Origin: Pseudomonadota bacterium
GTDB lineage: Bacteria; Pseudomonadota; Alphaproteobacteria; Kiloniellales; JAKSDN01
Assembly: GCA_039029395.1 (NCBI GenBank)
Contig: JBCCGG010000001.1
Coordinates: 373,761-437,760, forward strand
Length of the DNA stretch: 64,000 nucleotides
Reading direction: 5' to 3'
Both the position numbers and the translations under genes were made by a program. The notes below the pieces were generated by a model. The model saw nothing but the letters and a program-made list of their open reading frames with translations. It did not search any database and was not told where the DNA came from. How positions within the stretch are numbered: position 1 is the first letter of the stretch; each line of letters begins with the position of its first letter. This document shows positions 1 to 7,809 of this stretch, in pieces.

Positions 1-240
1 GACCACGCCGTCGCGGCCGAACTTCACGTGATCGACTTCGGGCTCGCCGAGCTGCCAGGTAAAGGCCAGGTGGCTCTCGTCGTCGAGGCATTGGCCCGGG
101 AAACATAGAAAGGAATAGTCGTCGATCGCCTGGCGCACTTGCGCGAGAAGATCACTGGTGAGTGGCACCGCCAAGTCGACGCCCGTAATGCTGGCGCCGA
201 AGTCTGGATGCAGCGGCTCGATGGCGAAGTCACTCGACAT
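1..240 (-). CDS. TauD/TfdA-family Fe(II)/2-oxoglutarate dioxygenase, 5' fragment (first 80 codons; gene continues past the left edge)
   Basis: Absent from the ORF track because there is no stop in the window. My reverse-strand translation from CAT at 238-240 reads MSSDFAIEPLHPDFGASITGVDLAVPLTSDLLAQVRQAIDDYSFLCFPGQCLDDESHLAFTWQLGEPE... This fits the usual TauD/TfdA N-terminal pattern (PL-x3-FGA-x-I-x-GVDL ... L-x-F). Confidence 0.55.
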   Translation of the reverse strand, partial: MSSDFAIEPLHPDFGASITGVDLAVPLTSDLLAQVRQAIDDYSFLCFPGQCLDDESHLAFTWQLGEPEVDHVKFGRDGVV

Positions 241-333
241 GGTCGGCAGCTTAGCGCGTGGACATTCGCCCTCCAAGGACTCTCAGTGCGCAAGAGATTT
301 CTGGCACGCTTTACTGTGTCAGGATGAAAGGAA

Positions 334-1341
334 TCAAGCATTTCCTTGGGCGTTCGCGCGCTCCGAGGTGCGCAACGACTGGATGCCGTGCACCAGCATG
401 GCGCCGCCGAACAGGCAGGGCAGAATCGAGGCGGCGCTGAGGAAGTATTGCGGATAGTAGATCGCCCAACCGCCGGCCGCCTGGCCGATGAATCCGACAC
501 TGGCGAAGCTCACGCTGCCAACGAACAGCAGGCCGCCCAAGGTGATCCAAGCCAGAGACTCGATGCGTTGAACGAGCACCGAGGGTTGGCGGATCTCATA
601 GGCGATGTCGTTGACCTCCTGGTCCCGCTCGTCCCGGGACAAGAGGTCGTACCAGCAGAAAAGCGCGGCCACAGAGCCCGAGGCGAGCACCCCGGCGAAA
701 CCCAGCATGATCCGAGCGCTGAGTGCGGGCGTCATGGCGTCGGCCCGGTTGAGCTCGTCGATTGCGAAGAGCGGCATGTCGTAGGCGCCGTGGGTCAGCA
801 TCGGCACGATCAGCGCAAGCGCGAGGAAGAGCGGTTTGACCTTGCGCCTGGCGAGCTGGGCACGGCCGAGGAAATAGCCCATGAACATGGCGTTGACCAC
901 GTGGGACGGCACCGCGGTGATCGCCCGGATCGAGGCGGTGCGCGCCCAGTCGTCCGACTGCACCACGTAGAGCAGATTCTCGAAACTTGCGAAACCGAGC
1001 GCGACCGCGACAGAGAGCACCAGCGCGTCGACCGGCCGCTCGAAATCCTCGTGCCGAAGCGCGATCCAGTAAATCACGAAGAACTTGGCCGCTTCTTCGG
1101 GCAGCCCGGTGCCGAGAAAGGCACCCAGTGTCGCTTGGCCGATCGGCGGTGCCAGGCCGTTCAAAAAGACCGCTAGGCCGAATTCCATGGCAACCGCCGG
1201 GATCGAGGCGGCGGCACCCAGCATGACCGCGCTCCACACGATGTCGGCGCTCAAGTGATAATTCTGCCGGGCGTTGAAGTAGATCAACAGCAGCAGGCCC
1301 GGCACCACGGCGGCGAGCGGCAGAATCAGGTTCGGCGTCAT
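334..1341 (-). CDS. PrsW-family intramembrane metalloprotease
   Basis: 335-aa multi-pass membrane ORF. The PrsW motif set is visible: LPEEAAKFF (EExxK), ALGFASFENLLY (FxxxE), LTHGAYDMPLF (HxxxD). Its ATG overlaps the stop of the upstream gene (ATGA at 1338-1341). Confidence 0.8.
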   Translation of the reverse strand: MTPNLILPLAAVVPGLLLLIYFNARQNYHLSADIVWSAVMLGAAASIPAVAMEFGLAVFLNGLAPPIGQATLGAFLGTGLPEEAAKFFVIYWIALRHEDFERPVDALVLSVAVALGFASFENLLYVVQSDDWARTASIRAITAVPSHVVNAMFMGYFLGRAQLARRKVKPLFLALALIVPMLTHGAYDMPLFAIDELNRADAMTPALSARIMLGFAGVLASGSVAALFCWYDLLSRDERDQEVNDIAYEIRQPSVLVQRIESLAWITLGGLLFVGSVSFASVGFIGQAAGGWAIYYPQYFLSAASILPCLFGGAMLVHGIQSLRTSERANAQGNA

Positions 1342-2105
1342 GGCTGGCCGCTCTCGGGCGCGGCCCGGGTGCTCATGTCGACCGAGATCGTGCGCTGGGA
1401 CTTGTTCTGCCAGATAACGTCGTAAGCAACCGCCAACTCCTTGTCGCCCGAGCGCAGGAGCGCCCAGCAGTGGCGCCCCCGGGCGGCGTCGCGCTCGTCG
1501 ATCGCCTCTAGGCGAATGTCGCGCGGGTCGAAGCCGATATCGGCGGCGGAGTCATGAGCGATCAACAGTGCCGTTTCGATCACCACCGGATCGTCGCAAG
1601 CGGGTAGGGCGAGGGGGCCCTTGAATCCGAACACAAGGGCCAGATAGGAAAATGTCAGCAACCCGCCGAAGATCGCCCCTGGCAGGGAGACACCGCCGGC
1701 CTTGCGCAGGCGCTCGATCGCCTCGCCGGCCGGTAAGCCGAGAGCCTGAACCCGGCGCGCCTTGCGTTGGCAGCGCTCGATCACCATAGGCATGCCGAAC
1801 CCACCGACCAGAGCCATCAGCCCGAAGCCGGCTTTGGCCCCGGTGTCGAGCACCGCCTGGGAGAGAATCGGCAGCAGCACGAGCGCCGCGCCGACCGCCC
1901 AAAGCTTGCGGTAGAACAGCCACGGCAGGGGCGTCAGAAAGCCCCACCAGCACCAGCTTCCGTAATGGCCGAGCCGGGCCCGTTGCGCACGCCGCCAGAG
2001 CGCCATGTAAGGTTCGTCGTTAGGCCCAAGCGCAATACGCAGGTCCTCCGCGGCGACCGGGCTCGCGGCGCGCGGGGCATAGGGATCAACGGCGTCCTCA
2101 AGCAA
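1338..2105 (-). CDS. DUF2628-like membrane protein with a C-terminal soluble domain of unknown function
   Basis: 255-aa ORF (TTG start in the track; the true start is uncertain). The hydrophobic core WCWWGFLTPLPWLFYRKLWAVGAALVLLP resembles DUF2628. The last ~90 aa are soluble and unrecognised. There is a 4-bp overlap with prsW. Confidence 0.6.
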   Translation of the reverse strand: MLEDAVDPYAPRAASPVAAEDLRIALGPNDEPYMALWRRAQRARLGHYGSWCWWGFLTPLPWLFYRKLWAVGAALVLLPILSQAVLDTGAKAGFGLMALVGGFGMPMVIERCQRKARRVQALGLPAGEAIERLRKAGGVSLPGAIFGGLLTFSYLALVFGFKGPLALPACDDPVVIETALLIAHDSAADIGFDPRDIRLEAIDERDAARGRHCWALLRSGDKELAVAYDVIWQNKSQRTISVDMSTRAAPESGQP

Positions 2106-2175
2106 GCGGAACGGTCCTCGGGCGCGAGAAAAGGGCCCGCCAGCCTATTCAGAAAGTGTTAACCACCTGTTGCCG

Positions 2176-2964
2176 TCACGGGTCCTGACTGGCCGGCTCC
2201 AGGCCGTAGCCTTCGATGATCTTTTGGGCCGCGCCGCTCGCGAAGAGCCGGCGCCAGGCGGCGTCGAAGCGGTCGATCAAGGCCTGGTCAGCAAAGGCCT
2301 TGGGAAAGCCGGCATAGTAGAGGATTCCCTTGTGGGCCCCGGCGTAGCGCACCTCGTCGACGAGGCCCTCTTCTTCCAGGATCTCGCGGCCTCGGTCCCG
2401 GTTGGAATAGACCCCGTCGACCCGCTTGGCCGCCAGCTTACGGAAGCCAGAGGCGTCGTCGGGCTGGGCGTCGATCTTGAGCGGCTGAAGGCCACGGGCG
2501 ATCATCTGGTCGCGGATCGCTTCCAGATTGGTCGCGGTGTTGGAGGGCGAGAAGACGCCGATCCGATAGCCTTGCAGCTGGTCGATGTCGGCGAAAGCCA
2601 TGGGATCCGTCCCCTTGACGAAAAAGCCGTACTCGGTGCGGAAGTGGGGCGGCGAGAAGCGCACCCACTCCTCTCGCTTCGGGTTGCGGCCGATCACCAT
2701 CATGCCGTCAGCCTTGCCCGCCTTGACCAGCTTTTGGGCGCGGCGCCAGGGGTAGAGGTCGTAGCTGCAGCGGATCTCCGCCTCGGCGCAGACCGCATCG
2801 ATCAGGTCGCGCCCCGGCCCGGCGACCTCTTTGTTCTCGCCGTAGATAAAGGGCGCGAATTCCAGGGTGACGAAGCGCAAGGAATCCGCCGCCCGGGCCT
2901 GGGAGGCGAGCAGGAGGGCTGCCAGCAGCAAGAAAAGGCCAATCGGTCTCGCGCCCATGTGCAT
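2176..2964 (-). CDS. Periplasmic solute-binding protein, family 3 (polar amino acid type)
   Basis: ORF 2176..3033. I prefer the internal start at 2964 because it gives the signal peptide MHMGARPIGLFLLLAALLLASQARA. The body has SBP_bac_3-like segments (LRFVTLEFAPF, YPWRRAQKLVKAGKADGM). No cognate permease or ATPase is adjacent. Confidence 0.7.
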   Translation of the reverse strand: MHMGARPIGLFLLLAALLLASQARAADSLRFVTLEFAPFIYGENKEVAGPGRDLIDAVCAEAEIRCSYDLYPWRRAQKLVKAGKADGMMVIGRNPKREEWVRFSPPHFRTEYGFFVKGTDPMAFADIDQLQGYRIGVFSPSNTATNLEAIRDQMIARGLQPLKIDAQPDDASGFRKLAAKRVDGVYSNRDRGREILEEEGLVDEVRYAGAHKGILYYAGFPKAFADQALIDRFDAAWRRLFASGAAQKIIEGYGLEPASQDP

Positions 2965-3083
2965 CTCCCCAAGATCTCGGCGCGCCAAGGATAGCACGAA
3001 AGCAGGCCGACAGGACCATTGCCACTCGGGCACGCCAGCGTGCTAGCCTCGACCGAGATATCAGCGTCCGGGAGGGCAGGGCC

Positions 3084-4058
3084 ATGGCGGGTTACGAAGA
3101 CTTGGCGCGGCGGCTGAAGAACCGCGAGGTGATTATCCTGGACGGCGCGGTCGGTACGCGGCTGCAGGCCATGGGCGTCAAGGTCAACAACCGGGCCTGG
3201 GCCGGGGTTGCCTTGGCCGAGCAGCCCGATCTGGTGCGCCAAATGCATGCGGACTACATCCGCGCCGGTGCCGAGATCATCACGACGAACACTTACGCCT
3301 CGGCGCGCCATAACCTGGCGCCGCTTGGCCTGGGCGAGCAGACCGCCGCGCTCAACCGCCGGGCCGTTACCCTGGCCCAAGAGGCCCGCGCGGCGGCCGG
3401 CGCCGACCATCCGGTCGCGATCGCCGGCTCGGTCTCCAACTTCGGGCTGATCGAGCGCGCCGAAGCCGGCTCGGTGACGATCTACGAACGCAACTTCGGA
3501 CATCGCGAGACCATCGGCGAGGCCCAGGCCCGAGCTAACCTGCGGGAGCAAGCGGAGATCCTGGCCGAGGCTGGGGTCGATTTCCTGCTTGCCGAGCCGA
3601 CCGGCACGACCGAGCAGCGCCATTGGGTGGTCGAGGCCTGCACTGCGGCCGGCCTGCCGGTCTGGATCGGATTCAAGTGCCACCTGGTGCCGGGCGACGA
3701 CAGGCCGCTGGTCGGCTATGACAGCGCCGAGCCGCTGACCGAGCGCTTCGCGGAGATCGTCGCCCTGGGCGGCGATGTGGTGACCCTGTTCCACAGCACG
3801 GTCGCCGCGACTCGCGCCGCCCTACCGCTGGTCCGGGCGCGGTGGTCGGGCCCGATCGCGGTCTACCCCGAGGCCGAGCGCAGCGACTACGTCACCGAGA
3901 CCCGGGACGACAGTCAGGCCAACCGCCTGGCGCCCGAAGCCTTCCTGGAGTTCGCGCGAGATTGCGTCGCCGACGGAGTCCAGGTGGTCGGCGGCTGCTG
4001 CGGCGTTGAGCTAGACCACATCCGGCCACTTAAGGGCGCCTTGCCCGAGAGAATTTGA
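3084..4058 (+). CDS. Homocysteine S-methyltransferase family protein
   Basis: 324 aa. The N-terminal ILDGAVGTRLQ, the TNTYASA segment and the C-terminal GGCCG zinc-site motif are typical of the S-methyl_trans (MmuM/BHMT-like) domain. GGGAGG lies upstream of the ATG. Confidence 0.8.
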   Translation: MAGYEDLARRLKNREVIILDGAVGTRLQAMGVKVNNRAWAGVALAEQPDLVRQMHADYIRAGAEIITTNTYASARHNLAPLGLGEQTAALNRRAVTLAQEARAAAGADHPVAIAGSVSNFGLIERAEAGSVTIYERNFGHRETIGEAQARANLREQAEILAEAGVDFLLAEPTGTTEQRHWVVEACTAAGLPVWIGFKCHLVPGDDRPLVGYDSAEPLTERFAEIVALGGDVVTLFHSTVAATRAALPLVRARWSGPIAVYPEAERSDYVTETRDDSQANRLAPEAFLEFARDCVADGVQVVGGCCGVELDHIRPLKGALPERI

Positions 4059-4128
4059 CCCAGGTCAAGGTGGCACGCCACGGTCTGCCCTAAATCACCG
4101 CGCTGACCCTTTCGGAGGAGACGACGGC

Positions 4129-4455
4129 GTGCGGCAGAGTCTGATCGGCGACAATCTCAAGGGCGCCCGGGTGACGGTGCAGGTACGCCTCTTCAATGCC
4201 CTCACCCACTATGCGAAGGGCGGCGCCACGACCCGCAGCCTCAGCTTACCGGCCGGCGCCTCGATTGGCGAGCTGGCCGACCTGCTGGGCATTCCTCGTG
4301 CCAGGCTGTTTCTGGTCATGGTCAACGGCCGCGACGTTACGCCGGGCCTGGTCGGCGCCCCGGTGCGCGGCGCCCATCAGCTCGAGGACGGCGACGTGGT
4401 CGCCTTTTCTGGCCCGGTGCCCTACAGCTATGGCTACGGCGTGCCGGTCGTGTAG
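4129..4455 (+). CDS. MoaD/ThiS-like beta-grasp protein with a capped C-terminus (no terminal Gly-Gly)
   Basis: GTG start at 4129, preceded by GGAGGAG (4114-4120). 108 aa. It aligns by eye with the next gene product: VTVQVRLFNALTHY/VTVKLFASLADY, SLSLPAGASIGELADLLGIP/SLKLPEAGTIGAVIEELRVP, LVMVNG/LVLLNG, EDGDVVAF/TDGDTIAI. It ends ...FSGPVPYSYGYGVPVV, not GG. Confidence 0.7.
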   Translation: MRQSLIGDNLKGARVTVQVRLFNALTHYAKGGATTRSLSLPAGASIGELADLLGIPRARLFLVMVNGRDVTPGLVGAPVRGAHQLEDGDVVAFSGPVPYSYGYGVPVV

Positions 4456-4528
4456 TCGTGTAACAGGGCGTTTGCGCCTTTGGTCGCCCGTGCTAGCTTG
4501 CGCCCGCGCAACCAGCAGACGGGATGCC

Positions 4529-4783
4529 ATGTCGAACGTAACGGTCAAGCTCTTCGCCTCCCTGGCCGACTATCTGCCGTCCGGTGCCAAGGAGAACACG
4601 ACCAGCCTCAAGCTGCCCGAGGCCGGCACCATCGGTGCGGTGATCGAAGAGCTGCGGGTGCCTGAACAGCGCTGCCATCTGGTGCTGTTGAACGGCATCT
4701 TCGTGCCGCCAGCCCGACGGACCACGACCCAGATCACAGACGGGGACACCATTGCGATTTGGCCGCCGGTCGCCGGCGGATGA
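4529..4783 (+). CDS. MoaD/ThiS-family sulfur-carrier-type protein ending Gly-Gly
   Basis: This is the in-frame ATG at 4529 inside track ORF 4196..4783; the upstream part of that ORF is an out-of-frame overlap of the previous gene. The 84-aa product is MSNVTVKLFASLADYLP...DGDTIAIWPPVAGG, with the terminal GG immediately before the stop. The stop overlaps the next ATG (ATGA at 4780-4783). Confidence 0.8.
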   Translation: MSNVTVKLFASLADYLPSGAKENTTSLKLPEAGTIGAVIEELRVPEQRCHLVLLNGIFVPPARRTTTQITDGDTIAIWPPVAGG

Positions 4784-5067
4784 GCGAATTGGTCAAGGAC
4801 ATGGCCCTCACCGAGGCCGATTTTCGCCGCCTGATCCCGAAAGCGCTCGACGGTTGGGACTACCGGATGGAGGGCACCAAGGTCGAGGCCGGCACCGCCG
4901 AGCGGGGCATCGCGATCAGCCTCTCGCCCTTGCCGACACGTACCCTGGGCGGCCTGCTCAAGCTGGAGCGCCACCGGGTCGAGATCGCCTTCCGTGGCCT
5001 CGAGAAACCTGAGCAGGAAGGTTTTCTGCGCCAGTTCGACCAGGCCTTTCAACGGGGCGGCGGCTGA
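4780..5067 (+). CDS. Hypothetical 95-aa protein ending Gly-Gly-Gly, family not recognised
   Basis: ATG at 4780 is translationally coupled to the preceding gene. The product is MSELVKDMALTEADFRRLIPKALDGWDYRMEGTKVEAGT...FLRQFDQAFQRGGG. Amino-acid composition is normal rather than GC-artefact-like. I recognise no motif. Confidence 0.55.
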   Translation: MSELVKDMALTEADFRRLIPKALDGWDYRMEGTKVEAGTAERGIAISLSPLPTRTLGGLLKLERHRVEIAFRGLEKPEQEGFLRQFDQAFQRGGG

Positions 5068-5092
5068 TTTCGGGCGATTTGTAATTGAGAGC

Positions 5093-5173
5093 CGGCACCA
5101 GCCCGCTCCCCATCCCGGCCACCCACGAAAGTATGCTCATTGGGTGGCCGTGAGGGGGAGCGGGCCGGTGCCG
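5093..5173 (+). other. Long GC-rich extended hairpin (about 29 bp paired) in the spacer between the small-protein genes and aorA
   Basis: Outer stem 5093-5111 (CGGCACCAGCCCGCTCCCC) pairs with 5155-5173 (GGGGAGCGGGCCGGTGCCG), with one A/C mismatch. Inner stem 5116-5125 (CGGCCACCCA) pairs perfectly with 5141-5150 (TGGGTGGCCG). The loop is 15 nt. No U-tract follows. It begins 26 nt after the stop at 5067. Confidence 0.7.
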
Positions 5174-5203
5174 AACCAACAGAATCACCCCGCGAGGGCC
5201 ACG

Positions 5204-5232
5204 TTGAACCCGGCGACCAAAGTCTCTAGTAT
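5204..5232 (+). promoter_or_regulatory. Candidate sigma70-type promoter for aorABC (TTGAAC-N17-TAGTAT)
   Basis: TTGAAC lies at 5204-5209, followed by an exact 17-nt spacer and TAGTAT at 5227-5232. This implies a leader of about 118 nt before ATG 5357. The call rests on pattern match only. Confidence 0.35.
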
Positions 5233-5356
5233 CCTTGCCCACGTATGGTCCGGATAAGGGCTGGCGGGGAGGTGGGCCCTTGGCCCGATGCGGCGCACAC
5301 GCGGCGTGGCCGCTCCCCTGGTGCCCTTCGCAATAGGGAGGCAATGGGGACAGCCC

Positions 5357-5836
5357 ATGCAGAAATCACTACTAATCGATCCTGAGAAGTGCACCGGCTG
5401 CTTGCAGTGCGAGCTGGCCTGTTCGCTGGACAACGAGGGCGCTTTCAACCCGGCCAAGTCGCGGATCAAGGTGTTTAAGTTCCACGACGAGGGCCGCGTG
5501 GTCCCCTATACCTGCACCCAGTGCGCCGAGGCCTGGTGCCTCAAGGCCTGCCCGGTGGATGCGATCTCGATTGACGCCGCGACCGGCGCCAAGGTGGTCT
5601 CCGAGACGCTCTGCGTCGGCTGCAAGGTCTGTACCATCGCCTGTCCCTTCGGGACCATCAACTACAACCAATCGAGCGGCAAGGTCATCAAATGCGACCT
5701 CTGTGAGGGCGACCCCGAGTGCGCCAAGGCCTGCCCGACGGCGGCGATCACCTATGTTGACGCCAACTGGACCGGCCTGGACAAGATGCGGGCATGGGCG
5801 GCGCGCACCGACAGCGGCGCCCAGGCAACCGGTTGA
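5357..5836 (+). CDS. aorA: Polyferredoxin-like 4x[4Fe-4S] electron-transfer subunit (AorA-like)
   Basis: 159 aa from ATG 5357 (the track ORF starts at 5288). Four cluster motifs are present: CTGCLQCELAC, CTQCAEAWCLKACP, CVGCKVCTIACP, CDLCEGDPECAKACP. Confidence 0.85.
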   Translation: MQKSLLIDPEKCTGCLQCELACSLDNEGAFNPAKSRIKVFKFHDEGRVVPYTCTQCAEAWCLKACPVDAISIDAATGAKVVSETLCVGCKVCTIACPFGTINYNQSSGKVIKCDLCEGDPECAKACPTAAITYVDANWTGLDKMRAWAARTDSGAQATG

Positions 5837-5850
5837 GGGAGGACTAAGTC

Positions 5851-7698
5851 ATGGCATGGACAGGACAAGTACTGCGCGTCAACCTGACCGACGGGACTTG
5901 CAAAGCTGAGCCCCTCAACATGGAGTGGGCCCACAAGTATCTCGGCCAGCGCGGACTGGCCACCAAGTATCTGGTAGAGGAGACCGACCCCAAGGTCGAT
6001 CCGCTTTCGCCAGACAACAAGATGATGATGACGACCGGCCCGCTGACCGGCACCTGCGCGTCGACCGCCGGGCGCTATTCGGTGGTGACCAAAGGCGCCC
6101 TGACCGGCGCGATCGCTTGCTCCAACTCGGGTGGTTTCTTCGGCAACGAGATGAAGAACGCCGGTTGGGACATGATCATATTCGAGGGTAGGTCGCCAAA
6201 CCCGGTCTACCTGCTGGTCGAGAATGACAGCGCCAAACTGATCGACGCCTCGGAGTATTGGGGTACATCGGTGTGGGACACCGAGGAAGGCATCAAGAAG
6301 AAGCACGGCGATCCCCTGATCCGGGTCGCTTCGATCGGCGTGTCGGGCGAGAAGGGCGTCAAGTTTGCCTGCATCGTCAACGACATGGACCGGGCCGCGG
6401 GGCGTTCGGGCGTGGGCACGGTGATGGGCTCGAAGAACCTCAAGGCGGTCGCGATCCGCGGCACTTTGGGGGTCAAGGTCGAGGACTTCCCAGCCTTCAT
6501 GAAGGCGGCCAACGACGGCAAGGCGGTCTTGGCCGGCAACGCTGTGACCGGCGAGGGCCTGCCGGCCTTCGGGACCCAGGTGCTGATGAACGTGATCAAC
6601 GAGGTCGGCGCGCTGCCGACCCGAAATCACCGGGACGTGCAGTTCGAAGGCGCCGGCGATATTTCGGCCGAGGCCATGGTCGCCAAGCGGCCGGGCGACG
6701 GCAAATCGAACCTGATCACCAACGCGGCCTGCTTTGGCTGCACGATCGCTTGCGGGCGGGTCTCCCAGATCGAGCGCACCCACTTCACGGTCAAGGACCG
6801 GCCCGAGTACCAGAAGGTTTCGGGCGGCCTGGAGTACGAGGCGGCCTGGGCGCTCGGCGCCGCGACCGGTGTCAACGACCTGGATGCGCTGACCTTCGCG
6901 AACTTCATTTGCAACGAGCAGGGCTTTGACCCGATCTCCTACGGCGCCACCGTCGGTGCCGCCATGGAGCTCTACGACATGGGGGTGATCACCAAGGATC
7001 AGACCGGCGGCCTGGACCTCAAGTTCGGCGACGCCGAGGCCTTCGTGGCCTTGACCGAGCTGACCGGCAAGGGCGAGGGCTTCGGCGCCGAGATCGGCCT
7101 GGGCTCCAAGCTCCTATGCGAGAAGTACGGCCACCCGGAGCTTTCCATGAGCGTCAAGGGCCAGGAGTTCCCGGCCTACGACTCCCGGGGCATCCAGGGC
7201 ATGGGCCTGACCTACGCGACCTCGAATCGTGGCGCCTGCCACCTGCGCAGCTACACGGTGGCCTCCGAGGTATTGGGCATTCCCGAGAAGACCGATCCCC
7301 TGGTCGCCGACGGCAAGGCCGGCTTGGTCAAGGCCTTCCAGGACGCCACCGCGGTGTTCGATTCGGCCGGTATCTGTGTCTTCACCTCCTTTGCCTGGAC
7401 CCTGGAGGACGTGGCGCCGCAGCTTGACGCGGCCTGCGAGGGCGAGTGGACGGTCGACCGCTTGCTCGAGGTTGGCGAGCGGATCTGGAACATGGAGCGC
7501 CAGTACAACCTGGCGGCCGGCTTCACCGGCAAGGACGACAACCTGCCGCAGCGGCTGCTCAAGGACGCCGCCAAAACCGGCCCGGCCAAGGGCCTGACCA
7601 ACCAGCTCGACAAGATGCTGCCGGAGTACTACCAGGTGCGCGGCTGGACCCCAGACGGCGTGCCGACCAACGAGACCCTGCAGCGCTTGAGCGTTTGA
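5851..7698 (+). CDS. aorB: Aldehyde:ferredoxin oxidoreductase family, tungstopterin catalytic subunit (AorB-like)
   Basis: 615 aa. AOR hallmarks are present: N-terminal MAWTGQVLRVNLTDG, GRSGVGTVMGSKNLKA, the Fe-S ligand motif ACFGCTIAC, GLEYEAAWALG, NRGACHLRS, and DSAGICVF. Confidence 0.9.
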   Translation: MAWTGQVLRVNLTDGTCKAEPLNMEWAHKYLGQRGLATKYLVEETDPKVDPLSPDNKMMMTTGPLTGTCASTAGRYSVVTKGALTGAIACSNSGGFFGNEMKNAGWDMIIFEGRSPNPVYLLVENDSAKLIDASEYWGTSVWDTEEGIKKKHGDPLIRVASIGVSGEKGVKFACIVNDMDRAAGRSGVGTVMGSKNLKAVAIRGTLGVKVEDFPAFMKAANDGKAVLAGNAVTGEGLPAFGTQVLMNVINEVGALPTRNHRDVQFEGAGDISAEAMVAKRPGDGKSNLITNAACFGCTIACGRVSQIERTHFTVKDRPEYQKVSGGLEYEAAWALGAATGVNDLDALTFANFICNEQGFDPISYGATVGAAMELYDMGVITKDQTGGLDLKFGDAEAFVALTELTGKGEGFGAEIGLGSKLLCEKYGHPELSMSVKGQEFPAYDSRGIQGMGLTYATSNRGACHLRSYTVASEVLGIPEKTDPLVADGKAGLVKAFQDATAVFDSAGICVFTSFAWTLEDVAPQLDAACEGEWTVDRLLEVGERIWNMERQYNLAAGFTGKDDNLPQRLLKDAAKTGPAKGLTNQLDKMLPEYYQVRGWTPDGVPTNETLQRLSV

Positions 7699-7809
7699 CT
7701 TAGAGAACGGCGCGGGCGCTTCCCCGATCCAGGGGCGCGTCCGCCGCCTTCAACCCCGAATATTGCGGTGCCCCTGACTTGTGCGGGGCGGGAGACGGAG
7801 TGCGTGACC

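Noticed and set aside
24-500. 158-aa minus-strand ORF at the left edge
   Set aside because: It is an Arg/Ser/Pro-rich artefact frame. The credible gene here is the TauD/TfdA-like fragment in another minus-strand frame (1..240).
4196-4528. Upstream two-thirds of the 195-aa track ORF 4196..4783
   Set aside because: It overlaps the first beta-grasp gene out of frame and is Ala/Arg/Pro-rich. The conserved MoaD/ThiS sequence starts at ATG 4529.
5068-5356. Calling the aorA upstream spacer a Moco/tungsten-cofactor riboswitch outright
   Set aside because: I could not identify the conserved Moco-motif nucleotides by eye. The big hairpin lies upstream of the best promoter candidate. It is kept only as a hypothesis to test with a covariance model.
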